Origin: a virus
DNA: 53,041 nucleotides
Strand: one strand, 5' to 3'
Virus record (IMG/VR): IMGVR_UViG_3300011415_000004
In this document: positions 7,322 through 16,613 of the stretch, piece after piece
How positions within the stretch are numbered: the first letter of the stretch is position 1
How the letters are laid out: every line of letters starts with the position of its first letter
Notes under the pieces: generated by a model
Databases searched by the model: none
The model's input: only the letters and a program-made list of their open reading frames with translations
What the model was told of the DNA's origin: nothing
Translations under genes and position numbers: made by a program

Positions 7322-9268
7322 GTGACCACGGTTCGCGAGACGCTTGAGCCGGAGACCCGCGTCGACCTGTTCGTGGCGGGCGAGGGCGGGGTGAGGGTCG
7401 AGGACGCGCACGTCAACGGCGACCCGGTCGCCCCCATCACCGTCTACACCGACGCCGAGGACGCGGACTGGGAACAGGACCTCGACCCGAACGCGGACAT
7501 CACCCCGGCGGGCACCGTCTGGTGCCGCGTCCAGTCACGGGGTGGCGAGGAGTCCGCCCAGTTCGCACTCGTGCCCGACGAGGCTGGACCGCTCAACTGG
7601 GTCGACCTCATCGTGGACGCGCCCGGTTCGATCCTCCCGTCCGAGTTCGCCGTACACGCGGCGAAACGCGGGCTCGGGGGCCACCTCCCCGACACGGCGG
7701 AGGACGGTGAGGTCCCCATCTGGGTCGAGGACCTCGAAGTCTGGGTGGCCGGTCCGGTCGAGTCGGCCGGTAGCGGGGCGACAGAGGAGTACGTGGACGA
7801 CGCGGTCGCGGCGGAGGCCGTGCTACGGCTCGGTGCCGACAACGCTCTCGACACGCGCCTCGACGTGATCGAGGCACTCGGGACGCTCGCCACCGCGGCG
7901 CAACTCGCCGCCGAGGCCGCGCTCGCCCGGAACGCCGACAACCTCCAGAGCGGGACCGTCGCGGAGGCCCGGGTCCACGCGTCGATTGCGAGGGACGGTG
8001 AGGTCACCGCGGCGATCGCTGCCGAGGCCGTCGCACGAGACGCCGCCATCGCGGCCGCTGTCGCGACGATCATGGGTGGGCTCCCACCCGGCACACTCGA
8101 CTCCTTCCTGGAGTTCGCCCAGGCGCTCAACAACGACGACGACTTCGCCGCCACGGTCGCCTCGGCGCTCGCGACGAAGCAAGACCTGGACGGCACCCTT
8201 ACCGCGCTCGCGGGCGTGGTGTCCGCCGCCGATCGGCTCCCGTACTTCTCGGGTGTGGACACGGTGGCCCTGGCGACCTTCACCACGTTCGCCCGGTCTA
8301 TCTTGGACGACGCCGACGCGTCCGCCGTCCTGTCAACCCTGGGTGTCTCGGAGTTCGTCAAGACGATCCTGGACGACCCGGACGCGGCCACACTCCGCGC
8401 CACGATCAGCGCGGTAGGCCTCACCGGGAACGAGAACGTCGGCGGGATCAAGACGTTCACGGACCAGCCATCGGCACCGTCGGTGCTGGTCACCGGCCAG
8501 ACCGGAGCGACGGAGGATCGCATCCTCTCGGGCGGCACGACCTCGGGACCACCGGCATCCGGGACGTGGGTCGCTGGTCAGTTCTTCGTAGACGGAACCG
8601 GCGCGCTGTACCTCTGCACGGTCGGGGGGGCACCGGGGTCGTGGGTCGACAAGTACGGCGAGGCGATCGCGGCCATTCCGGAGTTGGCCGCGACCCACCC
8701 GGTGGGCCTGGACCTCTCGGATCCCGACGAGGCCCGGGTCTTCCTGTATGACGTGGTGGTCCGTCGCCTGTTCAACGGCGAGTCTGGTGGAGCGAAGTCG
8801 GGCACGGGCCCCACCTCGCTCCTCGCCGCGACGTACACGATGCCCGCCGATACGTGCGGGATCGGGGACGTGCTGGAGATCGAAGCCTGGGGCACCACCG
8901 GAAACGACGCGGGCGGGAACCAGACCGACACGATCCGCATCAGGTGGGGGTCTACGAACCTGTTCACCACCGGGGCGATCACGTTCGCAGATGCGGGTCT
9001 GGCGGTTTATCCCTGGTACATGAGGACCACCATGACTCTGATGTCGACGGTTGGCGGGACGTGGGACCCGTGGGGGTCGAACGTGATCGGACCTGCCGGT
9101 GGCGGCGCAGCAACCGCCCACCGGATCGCTCCGGGCACCCAGGTCGCCTACGATCCGGCCACGATCGGGAGCGCGATCGACATCACATCCGCGCATGACA
9201 CCGCGAGCGGGTCGATGCTAACGACCTGTAGGGCGTTCACCGTCAAGCGGATCCCAGCCGGGACCTAG
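7322..9268 (+). CDS. fibre-like protein (tail-fibre-type repeats) encoded inside the head module
   Basis: 648 aa. It has an Ala-rich coiled segment, fibre-type motifs ([46 protein letters not shown]) and a Gly/Thr-rich C-terminal globular domain. Confidence 0.6.
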   Translation: MTTVRETLEPETRVDLFVAGEGGVRVEDAHVNGDPVAPITVYTDAEDADWEQDLDPNADITPAGTVWCRVQSRGGEESAQFALVPDEAGPLNWVDLIVDAPGSILPSEFAVHAAKRGLGGHLPDTAEDGEVPIWVEDLEVWVAGPVESAGSGATEEYVDDAVAAEAVLRLGADNALDTRLDVIEALGTLATAAQLAAEAALARNADNLQSGTVAEARVHASIARDGEVTAAIAAEAVARDAAIAAAVATIMGGLPPGTLDSFLEFAQALNNDDDFAATVASALATKQDLDGTLTALAGVVSAADRLPYFSGVDTVALATFTTFARSILDDADASAVLSTLGVSEFVKTILDDPDAATLRATISAVGLTGNENVGGIKTFTDQPSAPSVLVTGQTGATEDRILSGGTTSGPPASGTWVAGQFFVDGTGALYLCTVGGAPGSWVDKYGEAIAAIPELAATHPVGLDLSDPDEARVFLYDVVVRRLFNGESGGAKSGTGPTSLLAATYTMPADTCGIGDVLEIEAWGTTGNDAGGNQTDTIRIRWGSTNLFTTGAITFADAGLAVYPWYMRTTMTLMSTVGGTWDPWGSNVIGPAGGGAATAHRIAPGTQVAYDPATIGSAIDITSAHDTASGSMLTTCRAFTVKRIPAGT

Positions 9269-9277
9269 GTCGGTCCG

Positions 9278-9877
9278 ATGGTCAAGGCCTTAGCGAGGGC
9301 CACGCCGGTCCTCTACGTGGTGGCCGGACAGTCGAACGCCGTCGCGCCTGCCGGGGGTGCGACGACGTTCGCGTTCAAGACGTTCGACCCTCTCGGCATC
9401 AAGTACCGGATCCGGGCCACGGGCGGGACCCCGTGGATCAGTGTGACGTCGTCTGTCCTCGACCTCATGGAACTAGCCTCAACCCCGGATGACGTGGACG
9501 ACTACGCCACCCAAGCCCTGGAGACGCGGCTCATCCTGTGCGGAGGGTCCTCGGACGTCTGGGAGAACGACCTGGGGGAGACGGTCTACGAGAACATGGT
9601 GACCTATGCCGAGGCCCGACGGGATGCCGGGTACGCCAAGGTGATCGCGATGACGATTCCGCCGAACTCGGTCAACGCCGGACTCCAGGAGAACTTCCGG
9701 CAGGACGCGAACGCCGCGATCATCGGAGACGCCGCCGGTGCCTGGAACGCGGTGGCGAACCTGACAACCAGCGTGTTCCTTGAGGACTGGGAACAGTCCA
9801 CCTACGACGGGATCCACTGGCACGAGGAAGCGACTGACGAAGTGGCAGCCCTCCTGACCGCCGTCTTGCCGCCGTAG
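9278..9877 (+). CDS. SGNH/SASA-type esterase (putative carbohydrate O-acetylesterase)
   Basis: N-terminal VVAGQSNA (the GQSN block) and C-terminal DGIHW (the DxxH block). Confidence 0.6.
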   Translation: MVKALARATPVLYVVAGQSNAVAPAGGATTFAFKTFDPLGIKYRIRATGGTPWISVTSSVLDLMELASTPDDVDDYATQALETRLILCGGSSDVWENDLGETVYENMVTYAEARRDAGYAKVIAMTIPPNSVNAGLQENFRQDANAAIIGDAAGAWNAVANLTTSVFLEDWEQSTYDGIHWHEEATDEVAALLTAVLPP

Positions 9878-10040
9878 GGGTTGGGGCGATGACGTGGGAG
9901 CCCTTCCTGGAGCCGGACCTGGGAGTACCCTCCTGGGGTGGCCCGGAGGAAGAAGCCGACCGACCAGTACCACGGCCGGTTGTTCGTCCTCCAGGCACCG
10001 ATGACGCTCCACGACCGGATGACCAGAGGGAAGGCCCAAC

Positions 10041-11333
10041 GTGCCGAACGCCGCAACGATGCACCGCCCACCGTCGACCCCGAACCTGACGACGAAGGCG
10101 TTCGAGGGAAGGGTCCTCGACCGAAAGGCCGCGCCCGGCGCGCCCGAGGACTACATCCGGGAGGCGCTGGTCGCCGTCACCGGCAACCTCGATGACGGCG
10201 GGGACGTCATCCTCCCGGGCGCGTTCGACTTCAAGCGGGCCCCGAAGATCGTCTGGAGCCACGACCTCAAGACCCTCGTCGGGAAGGTGCTCGCCCACGA
10301 GGAACTCCTCCCCGGTGACGCGCGCCTCGCGGAGATGGCTCCGGACCTCGCGGCGAAGGGTCTCGGTGCCCTCTGGTTCCGGATCGAGTTCGACCCCGAG
10401 GATCCCGAGTCGTTCAAGGCCTTCCGGAAGGTCGACTTCCACGAGGACCTCGGCTGGTCGATCGGCTACGAGACGCCGCCTGACGGCTTCAAGATCGCGG
10501 CCGACGGCCGCCGCCTGCTCTCCCACATCTACGTCTGGGAGGGTTCCCCCACCACCTTCGGTATGAACATGGAGGCTCGCACCGTGAGCGTGAAGTCCCT
10601 CATCGACCAGTACGTCAAGGACCTCGATCTGAACGAGGACCAGGCGAAGGCCCTCGCGATCGTGGCCGAGGCGATGGCCCCTCCGGAGGAGAAGACCTAC
10701 CCCGCGCTGGAGGGCTCCTACGAGGAGACCCAGGAGGCGCTTCGCTCCGCGGTGCGCGCGTGGGCCGCCCAGGTCTACGGGGACGTCGAGGCCGACAACG
10801 ACTGGTGGTGCGGCCTGGAGGGCACCTTCGAGACCGAGGTCGTCGCGTCCGTCACCGTCTACACCGGGGAGTCCGAGTCGGGCACCTGGCGGTTCCCCTA
10901 CGTCCTCGGGGAGGACGGCACGGTCGAACTCGGGGAGCCCACCGAGGTCGAGGTGCGCGCCACGGTCGCACCGGCCACCGACGCACCGGCACCCCCACCG
11001 GAGCCGGTCACGGAGACCGCCGCCCTGGAGATCGACCTCGACCCGAAGGCGATCACCGACGCCGTCGAGGAGGTCAAGAAGGGGCGGGTCCTGTCTGCCG
11101 CCAACGCCGCCGCGCTCGCGGCTGCCGCCGAGGCGATCGGGAAGGTCCTCGCCGCCGCGGCCCCGAAGGATGACGACGACGAGAAGAAGCCGAAGGAGAA
11201 GGCCGTGGTCGCCCGGGAGATCGTCCCGAAGGGCGAGGGCGGCACGGTCGAGGCCAAGGCGGTCGAGGTGCCGGAGGGCAAGGAGACGGTTACTCCGGCC
11301 GAGTGGGCGGAGATGGTCCTGGAGACCGCGTGA
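10041..11333 (+). CDS. HK97-type prohead protease fused to a scaffold-like C-terminal region
   Basis: S78/U35 pattern (GNLDDGGDVILPGAFD, KIVWSHD, GWSIGY), followed by an Ala/Glu/Lys-rich tail. Sits immediately upstream of the capsid region. ATG 10059 is an alternative start. Confidence 0.8.
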   Translation: MPNAATMHRPPSTPNLTTKAFEGRVLDRKAAPGAPEDYIREALVAVTGNLDDGGDVILPGAFDFKRAPKIVWSHDLKTLVGKVLAHEELLPGDARLAEMAPDLAAKGLGALWFRIEFDPEDPESFKAFRKVDFHEDLGWSIGYETPPDGFKIAADGRRLLSHIYVWEGSPTTFGMNMEARTVSVKSLIDQYVKDLDLNEDQAKALAIVAEAMAPPEEKTYPALEGSYEETQEALRSAVRAWAAQVYGDVEADNDWWCGLEGTFETEVVASVTVYTGESESGTWRFPYVLGEDGTVELGEPTEVEVRATVAPATDAPAPPPEPVTETAALEIDLDPKAITDAVEEVKKGRVLSAANAAALAAAAEAIGKVLAAAAPKDDDDEKKPKEKAVVAREIVPKGEGGTVEAKAVEVPEGKETVTPAEWAEMVLETA

Positions 11334-11348
11334 TCCGCCACTGAGTCC

Positions 11349-11387
11349 CCAACCGGGGTTGACAACTCCGGGGGGACCCCGCATACT
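11349..11387 (+). promoter_or_regulatory. promoter-operator repeat P3 (TTGACA 11359-11364, 17-nt spacer, CATACT 11382-11387)
   Basis: CCAACCGGGGTTGACAACTCCGGGGGGACCCCGCATACT. ATG 11394 lies 7 nt after the -10. Confidence 0.7.
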
Positions 11388-11393
11388 GAGGGC

Positions 11394-11666
11394 ATGACAG
11401 AGGAACTCGAAGCCCGCTTCGTCCGCACCGTCACCGCCATCAAGGTCCTCGTCCCGCGGATCCCGGGGGCCACCTTCGGCTACATCGTGACCCTGGAACG
11501 CTCGGGCGACTTCCGGGTCTGGAGCGTCTTTCTCCCCCACCCCGGCCGGGTTGGGACCCGAGAGGACCGGATCGGGTCCTTCGCCACCGGGGACGCCGCC
11601 GGGGCTCGGGCTGCCCTGCTCGAACTGGCGGCCTTCGTTCGAGGCATGGAGTACGCCGTGGCCTGA
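11394..11666 (+). CDS. hypothetical protein, leaderless, inserted between the protease and capsid genes
   Basis: ORF track. The ATG sits at the predicted transcription start of P3. Confidence 0.6.
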   Translation: MTEELEARFVRTVTAIKVLVPRIPGATFGYIVTLERSGDFRVWSVFLPHPGRVGTREDRIGSFATGDAAGARAALLELAAFVRGMEYAVA

Positions 11667-11705
11667 CGGAGCCGAACCCCCTCACCCCCTGGACATCTCG
11701 ACTGG

Positions 11706-11726
11706 ACCCCGCCCGAGTGGCGGGGT
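11706..11726 (+). terminator. hairpin ACCCCGCC-cgagt-GGCGGGGT
   Basis: 8-bp perfect stem 40 nt after the stop of 11394..11666, followed by TCCGTCGTTCC. Confidence 0.45.
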
Positions 11727-11874
11727 TCCGTCGTTCCTGGGGATAGGTGGGGATGTTCCCATCTCCCGCGGCGATGGTGGCTATCCTCCTGGACCAGCAC
11801 GACCCGAGGCCCGCACGGCGGGGGACGGCCCGCATCCACCGACACGGATCGAGTCCTACGGAGGACCAACCACC

Positions 11875-13212
11875 ATGACGAAGACCTCGGAGTTCAACGA
11901 CCAGAAGAAGACCCTCCTCAAGGTGATCGAGGAGAAGCAGGCCGCGATGACGGAGATCGTCACGGCCATCAAGGGGGAGGGCACCGACGAGAACCCCCTC
12001 GTGATGGAAGCGGGCATGAAGGAGACCTTCCAGGCCGCCCAGGCCGAGAAGAAGGAGGCCCAGGTCGCCCTCGACGCCATCATGGAGGTCGAGCAGGGCC
12101 AGAAGTACCTCGACCTCCTGGCGGAGCCGGAGCGGGTCGCGACGTCCGTCAAGGGCGCGATGGCCGACTTCTTCAACGTCTCCGAGGCCGAGGCCTCCAA
12201 GACGGTCGGCCAGGCCTTCTTGGAGTCCGACGTCTTCAAGGAGATGATGGAGGCCGGGGAGTTCAAGACCGCCAAGCCCTTCAAGGTCAAGGGCGACCTG
12301 GGCTCGCTCGGCCGGAAGGACATCTACTCGGACCTCCCGGGTGGGGCCCCCGGCCGGTTCGGCACCGTCCAGCGCGACGCGATGGTGCTCCGGCCCCAGC
12401 GGACCATGCGGGTCCGGGACCTGTTCCCGGTCCAGACCACGACCGCCGCGGTCATCGAGTATTTCCGCGTCACCGGCTTCACGAACGCGGCGAGCCCGGT
12501 CCCGGAGCGGAACGTCGGGAACTCCGGCTTCCAGGCGAAGCCCCAGTCCGCCCTGGAGTTCACGGGCGAGCAGGCGAGCGTCCGGACGATCGCCCACTGG
12601 GAGGCCGCCCACCGCAACGCCCTGGCCGATGAGCCCCAACTCCGGGGCCTCATCGAGAACGAACTCCTCTACGGGCTCCGCCTCGTGGAGGACGACCAGA
12701 TCCTCAACGGCACCGGCACCGGCCAGGACCTCCTCGGGATCCGGAACGTGCCGGGCATCCAGGAGTACGCCTGGAGCGAAGGCGAGGCGGGTCCCCCGGC
12801 CGACAACAAGGCCGACGCGATCCGTCGGGCCATGACCCTCGCGCTCCTGGCCTACTACGAGCCGACGGGCGTGGTCCTCCACGACGGGGACTGGGAGGAC
12901 ATCGAACTCCTCAAGGACGACAACGGTCAGTACCTCATGGCCGTCTCGATCGCCGTCGGTGGGGAGCAGCGGGTCTGGCGTTCCCCGGTGGTCACGACCC
13001 CGGCCATGGAGGAGGGCTTCGGCCTCGTCGGAGCCTTCGGGATCGGTGCGCAACTCTACGACCGGGAGGAAGGGTCGATCCGCATCGCGGAGCAGCACTC
13101 GACCTTCTTCGTGGAGAACGCCATCGTCGTCCTGGCGGAGGAGCGTCTCGCTCTCGCAACGAAGCGCCCCGAGGCCTTCGTTGAGGTCGAGTTCGACGCC
13201 GTGCCCACCTAG
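11875..13212 (+). CDS. major capsid protein (HK97 fold) with N-terminal delta-like domain
   Basis: In frame with ORF 11551..13212, with GGAGG 10 nt upstream of ATG 11875. Length and sequence pattern are typical of Phage_capsid proteins, with a coiled N-terminal ~100 aa. Confidence 0.88.
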   Translation: MTKTSEFNDQKKTLLKVIEEKQAAMTEIVTAIKGEGTDENPLVMEAGMKETFQAAQAEKKEAQVALDAIMEVEQGQKYLDLLAEPERVATSVKGAMADFFNVSEAEASKTVGQAFLESDVFKEMMEAGEFKTAKPFKVKGDLGSLGRKDIYSDLPGGAPGRFGTVQRDAMVLRPQRTMRVRDLFPVQTTTAAVIEYFRVTGFTNAASPVPERNVGNSGFQAKPQSALEFTGEQASVRTIAHWEAAHRNALADEPQLRGLIENELLYGLRLVEDDQILNGTGTGQDLLGIRNVPGIQEYAWSEGEAGPPADNKADAIRRAMTLALLAYYEPTGVVLHDGDWEDIELLKDDNGQYLMAVSIAVGGEQRVWRSPVVTTPAMEEGFGLVGAFGIGAQLYDREEGSIRIAEQHSTFFVENAIVVLAEERLALATKRPEAFVEVEFDAVPT

Positions 13213-13247
13213 GCCGGACCAGTTCCCTCGGGGTGAGGGGCTGAGAT

Positions 13248-13273
13248 GGGGGGAGTCCTTCGGGGCTCCCCCC
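13248..13273 (+). terminator. GC-rich hairpin with TTCG loop after the capsid gene
   Basis: GGGGGGAGTCC-TTCG-GGGCTCCCCCC with one bulge. Confidence 0.55.
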
Positions 13274-13281
13274 TCTCGCGC

Positions 13282-13287
13282 TACCAT
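13282..13287 (+). promoter_or_regulatory. TACCAT box (class-2 element; CATCCCCGGTTGAGAT is shared with 19145-19160)
   Basis: Fits TANNNT and sits directly after a hairpin. The 16-nt match to the copy at 19145 is exact. Confidence 0.35.
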
Positions 13288-13298
13288 CCCCGGTTGAG

Positions 13299-13757
13299 AT
13301 GACCTTCCTCGGTGACGACGACGACCGTTGCGTAGTGTGCGGGGCCGAAGGGGGTAACTGTGGCCCAGACGGAGATCACCCCGGCTACGTGGTGTTCTCC
13401 GAGTGGGGAGGCGACCCCCCGACCCGGTCGTCCCGAGCGAAGGAGACAGCCATGGCGAACGCCGTAGTCGCAACCGAGCGGATCCACGAGCGGGTCCCGA
13501 TCCCGAAGTCCACCCGGACGAGGAAGGTCCTCCGGTTCGCCCCGGGCCAGGTCGTGCCGGAGGGGGACGTCAAGCGCCTCAACGTGAAGGCCGACGGGAC
13601 CCAGTCCTCGGTCCCTACCGCGGGCGAGGGGTCGACTCCGGCCGTGCCTCTCGCCGCCAAGAAGGCCGCCAAGCGGAAGGCCCCCGCGAAGCGGAAGACG
13701 ACCGCCCGCAAGGCCCCGGCCAAGAAGAAGGCACCCGCCAAGAAGCGGGCCCGGTAG
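13299..13757 (+). CDS. lysine/alanine-rich basic protein (H1-like AKKA/PAKK tail)
   Basis: ORF track. An alternative start at ATG 13452 has a strong AAGGAGA box. The C-terminus reads AAKKAAKRKAPAKRKTTARKAPAKKKAPAKKRAR. Confidence 0.55.
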   Translation: MTFLGDDDDRCVVCGAEGGNCGPDGDHPGYVVFSEWGGDPPTRSSRAKETAMANAVVATERIHERVPIPKSTRTRKVLRFAPGQVVPEGDVKRLNVKADGTQSSVPTAGEGSTPAVPLAAKKAAKRKAPAKRKTTARKAPAKKKAPAKKRAR

Positions 13758-13800
13758 CGACCGGCGCGGCCTTCCCCGCCCGCCTGGAGCAGAAGCACCG

Positions 13801-14418
13801 ATGACCACTCACCCCGAGGAGACCGCGATGGAGCAACCCCCCACCGAGCACGTCTGGCTCAACCTCGGTTGCGGAACCCACCGGGCTCCGGCCCCGTGGT
13901 GGAACGTCGACACCGTCGTCCGGAAGGGGCCCGACGTCGCGGCGATCGACACCGTCGACCCGGACCAGGTGATCGACCCGAACAGGCCCTTGCCCTTCGC
14001 GGCCGGATCGTGCGACCGGGTCTTCCTCTCCCACGTCCTCGAACACGTCCCGTGGGAGGCGGTGCCCGGCCTCCTCATCGACGTCCGGCGGATCGCCGTC
14101 GCGGAGGTCCTCATCGTCGGCCCGGATTGCTACCGGACGATCGAGGCCTACAAGGCGGGCCTTGAGCCGTGGTCGATCGTCCAGTCCGTGCTAGAGCACA
14201 AGGACTATCCCGATGACATGATCGAGTGGCCGGGCGCGCCGCATCACTGGAACTGTCACGAGGCCCGGGTGATCGAGGCGCTCAACCGAACCGGGTGGCA
14301 CGCGGTTCCGGTGCTCGATCACGGGATCCTCCGGGACTGGCCGACGGTGGCCTTCAACCCCCGGTGGCAGTTCGCCGTCATGGCCCGCTCGGACGGACGG
14401 GCGGTGCTGGACCGATGA
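13801..14418 (+). CDS. class I SAM-dependent methyltransferase
   Basis: Motif I (VWLNLGCGTH) and DRVFLSHVLEHV, typical of Methyltransf_11/23 proteins. Confidence 0.7.
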   Translation: MTTHPEETAMEQPPTEHVWLNLGCGTHRAPAPWWNVDTVVRKGPDVAAIDTVDPDQVIDPNRPLPFAAGSCDRVFLSHVLEHVPWEAVPGLLIDVRRIAVAEVLIVGPDCYRTIEAYKAGLEPWSIVQSVLEHKDYPDDMIEWPGAPHHWNCHEARVIEALNRTGWHAVPVLDHGILRDWPTVAFNPRWQFAVMARSDGRAVLDR

Positions 14419-15230
14419 GGCTGGAGGACGTGAGCGTCCCGCCGCCCGAGGAGAGTGCGGCGGACTGGAACGAAGCGGGGGTGGTGATCCTCCCGGGCTT
14501 CTTCCCGGATGCCCTCCTCGACGCGTACGCGGGGGAGTGGGAGGAGGCCAACGGCTACCACGGGCTACAGGGCGGGGAGACGGCCTGGATCATCTCCGCC
14601 GACCGGGTCGGAGGCTGGGACGACTGCACCCCGTACATGAGGCATGAGGCGCTCCGTCAACTCCTCACCTACGCGCCCCTCGCCCGGGTCCTGGAGGGCC
14701 TCCTCATCGGTGAGCCCGCCGGGGTCCACCTCAACCTGACCGGCTGGGTGACGACCGAGCGCGACTGGCACCAGGACTCCTACCTCAACGAGCCCGAGGT
14801 GGGCGACCGCTACGCCGCGATCTGGATCGCGCTCGGGGACATCCACCCGGACTCCGGCCCCTTCCAGTACGTGCCGGGCTCGCACCGTTGGCCCCAGGTC
14901 ACGCGCGAACTCATCGGCCACCACGTCAACCTCGCGGACCCGTCCTGGCCCAAGCACTCCGAGGACATCCTCTCGCCGGTCTTCGAGGCGGAGATCCGCG
15001 AGCGCGGGGCCGAGGTAGTCACCCACCTCCCGAACCGGGGGGACCTGCTGATCTGGCACGGGCGACTCCTCCATCGGGGATCGAAGGCGAACGTCCCGGG
15101 CGCGTACCGCCCGGCGCTGATCGCCCACTACTCGGGGATCCACCATCGCTCCTCGATGCCGCCCGCGATCCAGACCCTCTCCAACGGCGGGTGGTTCTTC
15201 CCCATCGGCTCGCTCACCCCGGTCCGCTGA
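14415..15230 (+). CDS. PhyH-family Fe(II)/2-oxoglutarate dioxygenase
   Basis: In frame with ORF 14226..15230, with an ATGA overlap. HxD motif in DWHQDSY and a distal His in LIWHGRLLHRG. Confidence 0.65.
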   Translation: MRLEDVSVPPPEESAADWNEAGVVILPGFFPDALLDAYAGEWEEANGYHGLQGGETAWIISADRVGGWDDCTPYMRHEALRQLLTYAPLARVLEGLLIGEPAGVHLNLTGWVTTERDWHQDSYLNEPEVGDRYAAIWIALGDIHPDSGPFQYVPGSHRWPQVTRELIGHHVNLADPSWPKHSEDILSPVFEAEIRERGAEVVTHLPNRGDLLIWHGRLLHRGSKANVPGAYRPALIAHYSGIHHRSSMPPAIQTLSNGGWFFPIGSLTPVR

Positions 15231-15232
15231 CC

Positions 15233-16360
15233 GTGAAGATCGGTGTCGCGACGAACGACTGGAGCCGGTCGTACCTGGACGGCCACGGGCGGCCGACCTA
15301 CGGCGGGGCCGGGTGGTATCGGCTCGGGCTCCCGGCTCGCCACCTCCGGGCCCAGGGCCTCGACGTGGTCGAGGGGACGCTGGCCTGGGCGAACGATGCG
15401 AAGCGGTTCGGGATCCGCGAGTGGCCCGGCCATGGTGACGACCCGGAGAACCCGATGATCCACTGGGACGTCGACCTCGTCGTCCTTCAACGGTGGATGT
15501 TCGCCTCGGTCGCGTTCGAGACGCCGACGGCGCGGCGCTCCGGGCAGGTCGTGGTCCAGGACGTGGACGACCACTTCTGGGCCCTCGACCCGGCGAACCG
15601 CGCCCAGCGGGCGACGGACCCCCGGCTCAACAAGGTCGAGAACCGGGACCACTACCTGGCGGGGATCAAGGCCGCCTCGGCGGTGACGGTGTCGACCCCC
15701 TACCTGGCGAGCGAACTCCGCCGGGCCGGGGTGCGCGTCCCCATCCACGTCCTCCCCAACCACCTCGACGTCGAGGCCTTCGCTCAGGTCCGCCAGGCGA
15801 GGCCCTGGCGGGCGTCTCCCATCGTCGGATGGGTCGGGGCGACCCAGTACCGCTCCGGGGACGTCGAGACGCTACGGGGCTTCCTGGGCCCGTTCCTCAA
15901 CCGGCACGACCTGACCGCCTACCACGGGGGCCACGTCGAGGGGGCCGCCACGTTCGCCGCCCAGGCCCGGCTCCAGCCGGAGCGGGTTAGGCACGCCCCC
16001 CTCGCGCCGATCGAGACGTACCCCTTCCTGTTCCGTGGCCTCGACGTCGGCCTGGTCCCCCTCCGGAACGTGCCCTTCAACCAGGCGAAGTCGGCCATCA
16101 AGGGCCTGGAGTACGCGGCCGCCGGGGTGCCCTTCGTGGCGGCCGACCTCCCCGAGTACGTGAGGCTCCACGCGGACCGCGGCATCGGCCGCCTGGCGCG
16201 GCGGACCCGGGACTGGACCCGCAACCTGGAGGCCCTCCTCGACCCGATCGTTCGGGCGGAGGAGGCGGCCAAGAACCTCGCCGCCGTCGAGGCCCTTGAC
16301 ATCCGGCGGGGGGTCCACCAGTGGCGGGACCTCTACCTCGAACTCCTCGCAACCGCTTGA
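15233..16360 (+). CDS. GT-B fold glycosyltransferase (GT4-like)
   Basis: In frame with ORF 14888..16360, GTG start. The C-terminal KGLEYAAAGVPFVAADLPEY resembles the GT4 donor-binding motif. Confidence 0.65.
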   Translation: MKIGVATNDWSRSYLDGHGRPTYGGAGWYRLGLPARHLRAQGLDVVEGTLAWANDAKRFGIREWPGHGDDPENPMIHWDVDLVVLQRWMFASVAFETPTARRSGQVVVQDVDDHFWALDPANRAQRATDPRLNKVENRDHYLAGIKAASAVTVSTPYLASELRRAGVRVPIHVLPNHLDVEAFAQVRQARPWRASPIVGWVGATQYRSGDVETLRGFLGPFLNRHDLTAYHGGHVEGAATFAAQARLQPERVRHAPLAPIETYPFLFRGLDVGLVPLRNVPFNQAKSAIKGLEYAAAGVPFVAADLPEYVRLHADRGIGRLARRTRDWTRNLEALLDPIVRAEEAAKNLAAVEALDIRRGVHQWRDLYLELLATA

Positions 16361-16572
16361 CCTCAACCGGGGGTGTCGCTTAGGGCCAGGGGCCTACACG
16401 GCTCCCAGTCCCCCGAACCGGACGGCCTTCGACTCCCTCCGGGGATCGACAAGCCGGGACGTCGGAAGAAGTCGAGACCCCGGCCATTACTGGGCCAGCC
16501 GGGGAGCCGCCTCCCGGAGGGTCCGTCCATCCTCCAGCCGGGAGGAGCAGCAGAGTGCGAGAGGACGGGCGT

Positions 16573-16594
16573 GGGGGCTCCTTCGGGGGCCCCC
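16573..16594 (+). terminator. GC-rich hairpin with TTCG loop
   Basis: GGGGGCTCC-TTCG-GGGGCCCCC with one mismatch, at the end of a 250-nt noncoding stretch. Confidence 0.4.
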
Positions 16595-16601
16595 GGTCGC
16601 G

Positions 16602-16607
16602 TACCCT
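16602..16607 (+). promoter_or_regulatory. TACCCT box (class-2 element)
   Basis: Fits TANNNT, 7 nt after the hairpin and 6 nt before ATG 16614. Confidence 0.3.
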
Positions 16608-16613
16608 GGCACC

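Noticed and set aside
9878-10040. ORFs 9889..10089 and 9938..10195 in the 160-nt gap before the protease gene.
   Set aside because: They have poor codon bias and no RBS, and they overlap the protease start. This is probably an untranslated spacer.
9720-13473. Very long minus-strand ORFs, for example 9720..11540 (606 aa) and 11440..13473 (677 aa). Others include 31708..33273, 18461..19756, 3779..5143 and 43295..44479.
   Set aside because: They lie antisense to well-supported + strand genes (protease, capsid and others). Their products are Arg/Gly/Pro/Asp-rich low-complexity strings with no motifs. This is typical of shadow ORFs in high-GC DNA.
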